Source: a virus
Direction: 5' to 3' (one strand)
IMG/VR virus record: IMGVR_UViG_3300013102_000007
Coordinates: 14,454-78,453 of that record
DNA: 64,000 nucleotides
This document shows positions 39,995-45,282 of the stretch, in pieces (position 1 is the stretch's first letter; every line of letters starts with the position of its first letter). Made by a program: the position numbers and the translations under genes. Under the pieces are notes generated by a model. It was given only the letters and a program-made list of their open reading frames with translations, ran no database searches and had not been told where the DNA came from.

Positions 39995-40321
39995 TTAGTC
40001 CTCTATGACTGCATAAATATCTTGATCGTTTTGTAAAAGATAATCTAATTCTTTGTATTTGATTTTTGTTCCAGTTCTCTCATTAAAAATGGCAACATCA
40101 CCTTCTTTTAAATCGTCAATTTTTGTTTCATCAAATCTGTGTATAATACAACGATCAGTTGGAGTTCTTCTTTCTTTTTCTACTATTTCAGGCGCAACTA
40201 AATCGGAACCACTAATAGGTTTGCCTCCTGTTAAATTTTCTACGGTAGAGTAAGTTTCTACATCAAATAATACTTCTATAAGCACACGACCACCGCGAGG
40301 TCTAATTTTCAATCTTTCCAT
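39995..40321 (-). CDS. GroES/Cpn10-like co-chaperonin
   Basis: 108 aa. LKIRPRGGRVLIE, KEGDVAIF, a G..I.Y....Y segment and DIYAVIE follow the Cpn10 pattern. Confidence 0.6.
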   Translation of the reverse strand: MERLKIRPRGGRVLIEVLFDVETYSTVENLTGGKPISGSDLVAPEIVEKERRTPTDRCIIHRFDETKIDDLKEGDVAIFNERTGTKIKYKELDYLLQNDQDIYAVIED

Positions 40322-40329
40322 TTTATAAT

Positions 40330-41010
40330 TTAATCTAATTTTTCACCATGTATAGCATGTAATCTTTCTTCATCAACTCTCCACTCAGGACTGTCCACTA
40401 TAGCTAATACGTCATCGAAATATGTATCAACCTTCATCCATTCTCTTCCACCATAATCAAAGTAATAATCCCCCCCTTTATTTAAGAGTACGTAATCACC
40501 GACTTTATAATCTGTACAACCTGTCCAAACCTTTTCTACAATAGCAATATCTCTACGTTTACCAAAATACTTTCCAGTAGTGAGAACAGTAGTATCCACA
40601 AGTTTATCAACCACTGGCTTACAAAGTAAAACTCCTTCTCTTGGTTCAAGGTCATTATTGACTATACCTGCTATAATATCAAGGTTAACAGCTTTAAAGT
40701 ACTCAACGTCTGATTCTTTAAAAATACCTTTAGATTTAAAAGTTTCGTCTTGAAAAGCAAAATGAGTTGTAAGTATACTTGTACCAACTGAAAATTGTGC
40801 ACCTTCAGTAGCAAAAGCTATTTCACCTGTATTTGGATGTGCATATTTATGATCTTGAATAGCTTCGGATGCAATAAACAAAACAAACTCTTGTCCATTG
40901 TCCCCAATAAACTTATGAGTCTTTTTCTGATCCAAATCAACAGTACAAAAATATGTATCTCTGAAATAATATGCCCCTTTAGCATTGTAAGATATATGCG
41001 CTCTTATCAT
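40330..41010 (-). CDS. protein with C-terminal Cpn10-like domain
   Basis: 226 aa. The C-terminal half LEPREGVLLCKP...VGDYVLLNKGG...DDVLAIVD repeats the GroES-like pattern. Confidence 0.45.
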   Translation of the reverse strand: MIRAHISYNAKGAYYFRDTYFCTVDLDQKKTHKFIGDNGQEFVLFIASEAIQDHKYAHPNTGEIAFATEGAQFSVGTSILTTHFAFQDETFKSKGIFKESDVEYFKAVNLDIIAGIVNNDLEPREGVLLCKPVVDKLVDTTVLTTGKYFGKRRDIAIVEKVWTGCTDYKVGDYVLLNKGGDYYFDYGGREWMKVDTYFDDVLAIVDSPEWRVDEERLHAIHGEKLD

Positions 41011-41843
41011 AATATTGATTTTCCGTAGCTTAAATAGTTTTTATAATCTTTAATAAGTTCTTTACCTTTAACAGAAACATACCAGTACTTAGCTGATCCT
41101 TTTAAACCATAACTAGAATTTAACCATCCGGCATCTTCAAGTTTATTTAAAATTACATACTTTGTGTTTACATCGGCACTTTTTACGTTACCTAATAATT
41201 CAGCTTGCAAAATTATAGCCATATAATCTAGTGTTATATGATTATCTTTTAAAAATTTGGCACTACGTATAAGGTATTCTAGGTTATTTACCATCTTATT
41301 ATCTACACCATTTTCCACCATTCTCTCTAACTTTTTAGCTTCTGGTGTTAAAGGTTTTATTTCAGACTTTACAATAACTTTTCGTTTAAGGCTTTTAACC
41401 TCATTTATTAGTTCATCTTTTTTATCAATTTCTCTATGAAGTTTAGCTATTTCTCTATCTCTAGTTTTAACAGCCAATTCCATTTTCTCTAATTCTAAAT
41501 CCAAATCTTCAATTTTATCTTCACGTCTTCTTAATTTGTTAAGGACAAGTTTACGATTTTTAATTTGTTGATTTGTTTTTAATTTTTGATGAATTAATTT
41601 TTGAGTTTTATCATTTTCTTTGTAAAGATTAATTACATATTTTAGCTTTTTGATACGCACTAATTGGTGGGTTACACAGTTTCTAACATCAGCAACCATG
41701 AGTTTTAATTCTTTACCACTTTTTCCTCTAACATCCCATTTGCTAAAATCTGCATAGAACCCACCTAGACTACTTTTTTTAGTCTTATCAGTACGTTTAT
41801 TTTTAGTTTCTTCCATAATAATTAAAAAATAGCTGTGATTCAT
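41007..41843 (-). CDS. coiled-coil protein with C-terminal wHTH-like region
   Basis: 278-aa ORF with a probable start at 41816 (MEETKNK). Long charged heptad-like stretch. Confidence 0.55.
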   Translation of the reverse strand: MNHSYFLIIMEETKNKRTDKTKKSSLGGFYADFSKWDVRGKSGKELKLMVADVRNCVTHQLVRIKKLKYVINLYKENDKTQKLIHQKLKTNQQIKNRKLVLNKLRRREDKIEDLDLELEKMELAVKTRDREIAKLHREIDKKDELINEVKSLKRKVIVKSEIKPLTPEAKKLERMVENGVDNKMVNNLEYLIRSAKFLKDNHITLDYMAIILQAELLGNVKSADVNTKYVILNKLEDAGWLNSSYGLKGSAKYWYVSVKGKELIKDYKNYLSYGKSIL

Positions 41844-41897
41844 GAGGAATATAAACCCTGTCTTAGATTGCCTGAAGACAACACACCAGCTATTCTA

Positions 41898-42137
41898 TTA
41901 TCCTAACAAACTATCTAATTTGTGAATAACATTGTTGTGTTTAACAACTAATTTAGCGCGATCTTCACTTTCTTTTTGAAGTCTAGCTATAACAGCCTGT
42001 GCTTCTTCGTTTTCTTTAAGGGCAGCTTCATTCAAAGAAGATAGTTTCTTTTGCATAATATAAATGGAATGCAACGCTTTTGAACTTGATTTTTCGTAGT
42101 TCTTTTTTCCAAATAGGAATTGAAATAATTTTTTCAT
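41898..42137 (-). CDS. hypothetical coiled-coil protein
   Basis: 79-aa ORF. Confidence 0.5.
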   Translation of the reverse strand: MKKLFQFLFGKKNYEKSSSKALHSIYIMQKKLSSLNEAALKENEEAQAVIARLQKESEDRAKLVVKHNNVIHKLDSLLG

Positions 42138-42141
42138 TGTT

Positions 42142-42297
42142 TTAATTTAATTTTTCTGTTAATCCAAATTCTTCGGGATGAGCTAGAACCATTTTTATTC
42201 CAGCCTCAAAGTCCACTGCTACATGTTTTGCTATATTACTGTTACCAGTTATATTTAACGCATATTCAGTAGCTAATTGTTTAATGTGTTCTTCCAT
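42142..42297 (-). CDS. hypothetical 51-aa protein
   Basis: Found by hand translation: MEEHIKQLATEYALNITGNSNIAKHVAVDFEAGIKMVLAHPEEFGLTEKLN. It fills the gap between flanking genes. Confidence 0.4.
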   Translation of the reverse strand: MEEHIKQLATEYALNITGNSNIAKHVAVDFEAGIKMVLAHPEEFGLTEKLN

Positions 42298-42299
42298 AC

Positions 42300-42644
42300 T
42301 TAGAATGGTAAATCCCCATTGTCATCACTAGTCTCCTGACTTACTTCTTCCGGCTCACCATCAACACCATCGGCAGCGTTAATTTTCCAAAGAACCAAGC
42401 TGTTGTAATAATTTGTATAATCACCTTTTGTAACAGCCCTACCACGAATGTTAAAACCAATTGTTACTGTTTGACCTTCTTCAAATTTATCTAGCAAAGA
42501 CACTTTATCTTGCATAGCTTCAAATTTAATAAATTCTGGATATAACGGATTTTCCGCATACTCAAGAATTAAATCACGTTTTTTAAACGTATCGCTAACT
42601 TGATTTGTTACATCAATAGCATAAATTTTACCTGTAATTTCCAT
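42300..42644 (-). CDS. DUF3127-type OB-fold single-stranded DNA-binding protein
   Basis: MEITGKIY...F.KRDLILE....YPEFIKFE..QDK..LLD.F..GQ.V...FNIRGR is the DUF3127 pattern common in Bacteroidota. It has an acidic SSB-like C-terminal tip DDNGDLPF. Confidence 0.7.
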   Translation of the reverse strand: MEITGKIYAIDVTNQVSDTFKKRDLILEYAENPLYPEFIKFEAMQDKVSLLDKFEEGQTVTIGFNIRGRAVTKGDYTNYYNSLVLWKINAADGVDGEPEEVSQETSDDNGDLPF

Positions 42645-42669
42645 TGTTTTTAAATTTTAATTTTTATTG

Positions 42670-42740
42670 TTTGCTCTGCGAGACTCGAACTCGCATCTAC
42701 TGCGGAGAAGCAGCTTTCTACCAAATTGAACTAAGAGCAA
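42670..42740 (-). tRNA. tRNA-like gene, anticodon arm irregular (type unresolved)
   Basis: Perfect acceptor TTGCTCT/AGAGCAA and T arm GCGAG-TTCGAGT-CTCGC. The anticodon arm folds either as a 5-bp stem with a 6-nt loop TTCTCC, or as a 7-nt loop TCTCCGC (TCC with C33) and a 2-nt variable loop. Confidence 0.5.
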
Positions 42741-42896
42741 TCCATTAGTCTTTCCTAAAAGTCAACCTATCCTCCTTATATCCTCAACAACAATGCTACA
42801 CTTTTCTACAAAACTTCTACGTCTTTCCGTATATCGTCATGTTGTTACGTCTTGAATATATCTACTTTCGGTATTCGTCTATCTGAATTTGTGTTG

Positions 42897-42970
42897 TAGT
42901 TCCTGAAGGATTTGAACCTCCGACCAGATGAATATAAGTCATCCACTCTACCAGACTGAGTTAAGGAACC
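42897..42970 (-). tRNA. tRNA-Ile (anticodon TAT)
   Basis: Cloverleaf: acceptor GGTTCCT/AGGAACT, D stem ACTC/GAGT, anticodon arm GATGA-CTTATAT-TCATC, T arm GGAGG-TTCAAAT-CCTTC. Confidence 0.8.
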
Positions 42971-43038
42971 ATGTGCAGGTATATTATTGACGTAACATAC
43001 CTACTTGAAAGTTTATTAGATTCATCCGAACCGATAAA

Positions 43039-43070
43039 CAAATATAATAACAATAATTGAAACAAACAAA
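43039..43070 (-). promoter_or_regulatory. Bacteroidota-type promoter facing the minus arm
   Basis: On the minus strand: TTTG (43070..43067), a 20-nt spacer, then TATATTTG (43046..43039). This matches TTTG-N(19-21)-TAnnTTTG. Confidence 0.55.
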
Positions 43071-43099
43071 TTTATTTTAAAAATAATTTCATAACCCTA

Positions 43100-43131
43100 T
43101 TTGAATATGTAAAATTAAATTTGTACATTTG
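43100..43131 (+). promoter_or_regulatory. Bacteroidota-type promoter facing the plus-strand tRNA array
   Basis: TTTG (43100..43103), a 20-nt spacer, then TACATTTG (43124..43131). Confidence 0.55.
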
Positions 43132-43233
43132 TACTGTGAATAAAAACATGACATATTGTAATTCGTTTAGTTGGGATCAACACCGACAGAGGATTGCTAT
43201 GTTTTAAGTTTTAAATTACAAAAATATATAGAA

Positions 43234-43258
43234 GCCTCTAAGAAATTAGGGGCTTTTT
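43234..43258 (+). terminator. intrinsic terminator
   Basis: GCCTCTAA-GAAA-TTAGGGGC hairpin (8 bp, GNRA loop) followed by TTTTT. Confidence 0.7.
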
Positions 43259-43266
43259 GCATTTAT

Positions 43267-43339
43267 AGCCGTGAATGTACCAAGGTGGCGACGGAAACTC
43301 CAAATCTCTGTGCGTAAGGTTCGATTCCTTAGACGGTTG
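43267..43339 (+). tRNA. tRNA-Trp-like (anticodon CCA), weak D stem
   Basis: Canonical spacing. Loop CTCCAAA, T arm TAAGG-TTCGATT-CCTTA, discriminator G. The D stem is almost unpaired, 7:66 is G.G and 30:40 is A.C. Confidence 0.45.
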
Positions 43340-43351
43340 CTTTTTTAAATT

Positions 43352-43424
43352 GTGGGTTAAGCTAACTTGGTAGAAGCACCAGCCTGAAAAGCTGGGGGAT
43401 TAAGATCGTAACTTAAAACTCACA
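43352..43424 (+). tRNA. tRNA-Phe (anticodon GAA)
   Basis: Acceptor GTGGGTT/AACTCAC and anticodon arm CCAGC-CTGAAAA-GCTGG. The T arm TTAAG-ATCGTAA-CTTAA has A54/T58 in place of T54/A58. Confidence 0.75.
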
Positions 43425-43428
43425 CAAT

Positions 43429-43504
43429 GTACAAGTACCTAATATTGGACTTGGGGTTAGTCCGCAAAACTAATTAAATAGCAGTTCGATTCTGCTCTTG
43501 TACT
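43429..43504 (+). tRNA. tRNA-Cys-like (anticodon GCA), extended anticodon stem
   Basis: Acceptor GTACAAG/CTTGTAC, T arm AGCAG-TTCGATT-CTGCT, discriminator T (the Cys identity base). The anticodon arm is GTTAG(T)-CCGCAAA-(A)CTAAT: either a 6-bp stem with a 7-nt loop carrying C33, or a 9-nt loop. Confidence 0.6.
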
Positions 43505-43513
43505 CGTAAAAAT

Positions 43514-43600
43514 GGAAGATTAAACCGAGTTGGCTTGGTGACTGTTTGCTAAACAGATCGTAGTTATAAAAGCTATGGGAATCGTGATCTCAATCTTCCG
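43514..43600 (+). tRNA. tRNA-Ser (anticodon GCT), class II
   Basis: Acceptor GGAAGAT/ATCTTCC, loop TTGCTAA, long variable arm TAGTT-ATAAA-AGCTA. The T arm TGGGA-ATCGTGA-TCTCA also has A54/T58. Confidence 0.8.
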
Positions 43601-43611
43601 CTTAATGAAAT

Positions 43612-43693
43612 AGTAGATACTTCTCATGGGAGAAAGCAGTCTTGAAAACTGTCGGTGCGTGAAAGCGTAGGAGTTCGATTCTTCTATCTACTG
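43612..43693 (+). tRNA. tRNA-Ser (anticodon TGA), class II
   Basis: Acceptor AGTAGAT/ATCTACT, anticodon arm GCAGT-CTTGAAA-ACTGT, variable arm GCGT-GAAA-GCGT, T arm AGGAG-TTCGATT-CTTCT. Confidence 0.8.
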
Positions 43694-43701
43694 CTTAATT
43701 T

Positions 43702-43771
43702 GGGAAAACGCTAAGGTTGTCGGAAGGATTGTAACCCCTAACCGCATAAAGTTCGAGTCTTTTCTTTCCCA
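43702..43771 (+). tRNA. degenerate tRNA-like element (possible GTA/Tyr remnant)
   Basis: T arm (T)AAAG-TTCGAGT-CTTT(T) and acceptor GGGAAA/TTTCCC are present. The D region is about 4 nt short and the anticodon stem has only 3 bp around TTGTAAC. Confidence 0.3.
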
Positions 43772-43813
43772 CTAGGTATTGTAATTGTAAAAAATTATTT
43801 GTACCTTTGTATT

Positions 43814-43885
43814 GCGTGGTGCTAGTAATGGTAACTGGTCAGTCTCATAAGCTGCACGATGAGGGTTCGAGTCCCTCCCAACGCA
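43814..43885 (+). tRNA. tRNA-Met/Ile2-type (anticodon CAT)
   Basis: D stem TAGT/ACTG, loop CTCATAA, T arm GAGGG-TTCGAGT-CCCTC. Acceptor GCGTGGT/CCAACGC has two mismatches. Confidence 0.6.
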
Positions 43886-43931
43886 ACGATAACGGTTAGC
43901 ACTATACATGAAACAGAAAGGAAGTGCAATT

Positions 43932-44004
43932 GGGGATAAAGCACAAGTGGACGTGCACCTGCTTTGCAAGCAGAAGGTTCTCGGTTCAAGGCCGAGTTTC
44001 TCCA
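43932..44004 (+). tRNA. tRNA-Ala (anticodon TGC)
   Basis: D stem GCAC/GTGC, loop TTTGCAA, T arm CTCGG-TTCAAGG-CCGAG. Acceptor GGGGATA/TTTCTCC has G3.T70 and a T.T at 6:67. Confidence 0.8.
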
Positions 44005-44006
44005 CG

Positions 44007-44042
44007 TAGTAAGAAACAGGGGTTCGAATCCCCTACTGAATC
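44007..44042 (+). other. orphan tRNA 3' half (T arm plus acceptor-strand remnant)
   Basis: A perfect T arm AGGGG-TTCGAAT-CCCCT lies only 14 nt after tRNA-Ala. No matching 5' acceptor, D arm or anticodon arm is present. Confidence 0.5.
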
Positions 44043-44101
44043 ACTTGATTGTTGGCTCGGTTCGTTTAGGGGTGAGGACGCTTACGTTGAAATTTTAAAA
44101 T

Positions 44102-44176
44102 AGCTTGTCGGTCTGGTCTGGAACAGATAGCGCATTGTCAGTGCGAAGAACACGGGTTCAAATCCCGTACGAGCTG
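44102..44176 (+). tRNA. tRNA-Asp (anticodon GTC)
   Basis: Acceptor AGCTTGT/ACGAGCT, anticodon arm (G)CGCA-TTGTCAG-TGCG(A), T arm ACGGG-TTCAAAT-CCCGT. Confidence 0.7.
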
Positions 44177-44260
44177 CATAATCCCTTCGGTGTAAATCAA
44201 AATCCACATTAAGCAAGAGGGCAGTAAGTGGTCTGCCTCATCCGATAGTGATTTAAAATT

Positions 44261-44333
44261 GCGATTATAGCATAAATGGCAAGTGTTAGGGATTTCCAAT
44301 CCTTAGATTTCGGTTCGAATCCGAATAGTCGCT
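44261..44333 (+). tRNA. tRNA-Gly (anticodon TCC)
   Basis: Acceptor GCGATTA/TAGTCGC, anticodon arm AGGGA-TTTCCAA-TCCTT, T arm TTCGG-TTCGAAT-CCGAA. Confidence 0.85.
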
Positions 44334-44338
44334 CATAA

Positions 44339-44410
44339 GCTTCTTTAATTTAACTGGTAAAATCCCTGTCTTGTAAACAGGTGTTCAGCGTTCGAGTCGT
44401 TGTTGAAGCT
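44339..44410 (+). tRNA. tRNA-Thr (anticodon TGT)
   Basis: D stem ATTT/AAAT, anticodon arm CCTGT-CTTGTAA-ACAGG, T arm CAGCG-TTCGAGT-CGTTG. The acceptor has T.T at 6:67 and 7:66. Confidence 0.8.
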
Positions 44411-44421
44411 CTTTAAAATTC

Positions 44422-44494
44422 GTATTTGTAGCTCAGTTGGTAGAGCAAGGCACTGTTAATGCTTAGGTCGTAGGTTCGAATCCTTCCATTTACG
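44422..44494 (+). tRNA. tRNA-Asn (anticodon GTT)
   Basis: D arm GCTC-AGTTGGTA-GAGC, loop CTGTTAA, T loop TTCGAAT. The acceptor GTATTTG/CATTTAC has two T.T pairs. Confidence 0.8.
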
Positions 44495-44552
44495 CAAAAT
44501 CCATAAGGCAATTGTGCTAGGTGGTCGTGGGAGACACGTTAGTCCTCACCAT

Positions 44553-44625
44553 ATCTAGGTATCTCAACTGGTAGAGAACCATCCTGATAAGATGGGTTAT
44601 GAAGGTTCAACTCCTTCCTTAGATA
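44553..44625 (+). tRNA. tRNA-Ile (anticodon GAT)
   Basis: Fully canonical cloverleaf: ATCTAGG/CTTAGAT, TCTC/GAGA, CCATC-CTGATAA-GATGG, GAAGG-TTCAACT-CCTTC. Confidence 0.9.
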
Positions 44626-44630
44626 CTTAT

Positions 44631-44703
44631 TCAGAATTAGTTCAATTGGTAGAACGTGGCTCTTCTAAAGTCATGGTTAGGAGTTCGAGTCTCTTATTCT
44701 GAA
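44631..44703 (+). tRNA. tRNA-Arg (anticodon TCT)
   Basis: Canonical cloverleaf: TCAGAAT/ATTCTGA, GTTC/GAAC, TGGCT-CTTCTAA-AGTCA, AGGAG-TTCGAGT-CTCTT. Confidence 0.9.
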
Positions 44704-44863
44704 CCACATTAGAATATATGGATTATTATATCTATATTTGTATTACAAAGAAATTAAAAATGTTTTCAAATTTTTTACATCAGCCGCAACGTCTGCACTT
44801 GAATAGTCGAGGTTGTATTGGTATGTAAAATTTTTTAAATTAGAAATTTACTCATAGTTTTTA

Positions 44864-44891
44864 GCCTCGGATTTTTATTCGGGGCTTTTTT
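44864..44891 (+). terminator. intrinsic terminator
   Basis: GCCTCGG-ATTTTTAT-TCGGGGC hairpin followed by TTTTTT. The stem sequence resembles the terminator at 43234. Confidence 0.65.
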
Positions 44892-44896
44892 GTTAT

Positions 44897-44970
44897 CAGG
44901 ATGTTCCAGCAGAGGCATACGGGCTAGACTTGGAATCTAGTGTTCGTGGGTTCGAATCCCACTATCCTGA
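44897..44970 (+). tRNA. tRNA-Pro (anticodon TGG)
   Basis: Acceptor CAGGATG/TATCCTG, anticodon arm CTAGA-CTTGGAA-TCTAG, T arm GTGGG-TTCGAAT-CCCAC. The D stem is weak. Confidence 0.8.
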
Positions 44971-44980
44971 CTTTATATAA

Positions 44981-45051
44981 TGCCTTATAGCACAATGGTA
45001 GTGCGACCGACTTTGACTCGGTTTATCTAGGTTCGATCCCTAGTAGGGCAT
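44981..45051 (+). tRNA. tRNA-Gln (anticodon TTG)
   Basis: TGCCTTA/TAGGGCA, GCAC/GTGC, ACCGA-CTTTGAC-TCGGT, CTAGG-TTCGATC-CCTAG. Confidence 0.9.
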
Positions 45052-45053
45052 CT

Positions 45054-45126
45054 GTGCTTTTGTCCGTATTGGTAGCGGAGGGAAACTGTGAATTTCCTTG
45101 AGTCGGTTCGAATCCGACATTGCACC
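45054..45126 (+). tRNA. tRNA-His (anticodon GTG)
   Basis: TCCG/CGGA, GGAAA-CTGTGAA-TTTCC, GTCGG-TTCGAAT-CCGAC, discriminator C. The acceptor has two T.T pairs and no obvious encoded G-1. Confidence 0.8.
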
Positions 45127-45130
45127 CCAT

Positions 45131-45202
45131 GTTTCCTTCGTTTAACGGATAGGACATAGCACTACGAATGCTATAATAAAGGTTCGACTCCTTTAGGAAA
45201 CT
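45131..45202 (+). tRNA. tRNA-Arg (anticodon ACG)
   Basis: GTTTCCT/AGGAAAC, TAGCA-CTACGAA-TGCTA, AAAGG-TTCGACT-CCTTT. Confidence 0.9.
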
Positions 45203-45208
45203 CTATAT

Positions 45209-45282
45209 GCGCTTATGGTGGAACGGTATACACAATGGCTTTAGAACCCATCCAATTCTCAGTTCGAATCTGAGTAAGCGTA
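45209..45282 (+). tRNA. tRNA with anticodon TAG (Leu by anticodon) but a short class-I-type variable loop
   Basis: GCGCTTA/TAAGCGT, ATGG(C)-TTTAGAA-(C)CCAT, CTCAG-TTCGAAT-CTGAG, discriminator A. The variable region is only 6 nt. Confidence 0.7.

Noticed and set aside
42741-42896. A possible third minus-strand tRNA between the two minus-strand tRNA genes
   Set aside because: I could find no T arm (GTTCRA) or acceptor complementarity on either strand. Only a GACGTA repeat and an AGGAGG-like stretch are present, so the spacer is left unassigned.
43772-44005. 77-aa minus-strand ORF in the ORF track
   Set aside because: It lies entirely over plus-strand tRNA genes (Met, Ala) and a promoter-like box. 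It has no coding context, so it is spurious.
44071-44550. Inverted 9-mer GGTGAGGAC (44071..44079, with its reverse complement at 44542..44550) bracketing four tRNAs, considered as possible terminal inverted repeats of a mobile cassette
   Set aside because: Only 9 exact bases plus a weak extension match. There is no target-site duplication and no transposase. A single 9-mer match is within chance expectation for a 64-kb window.
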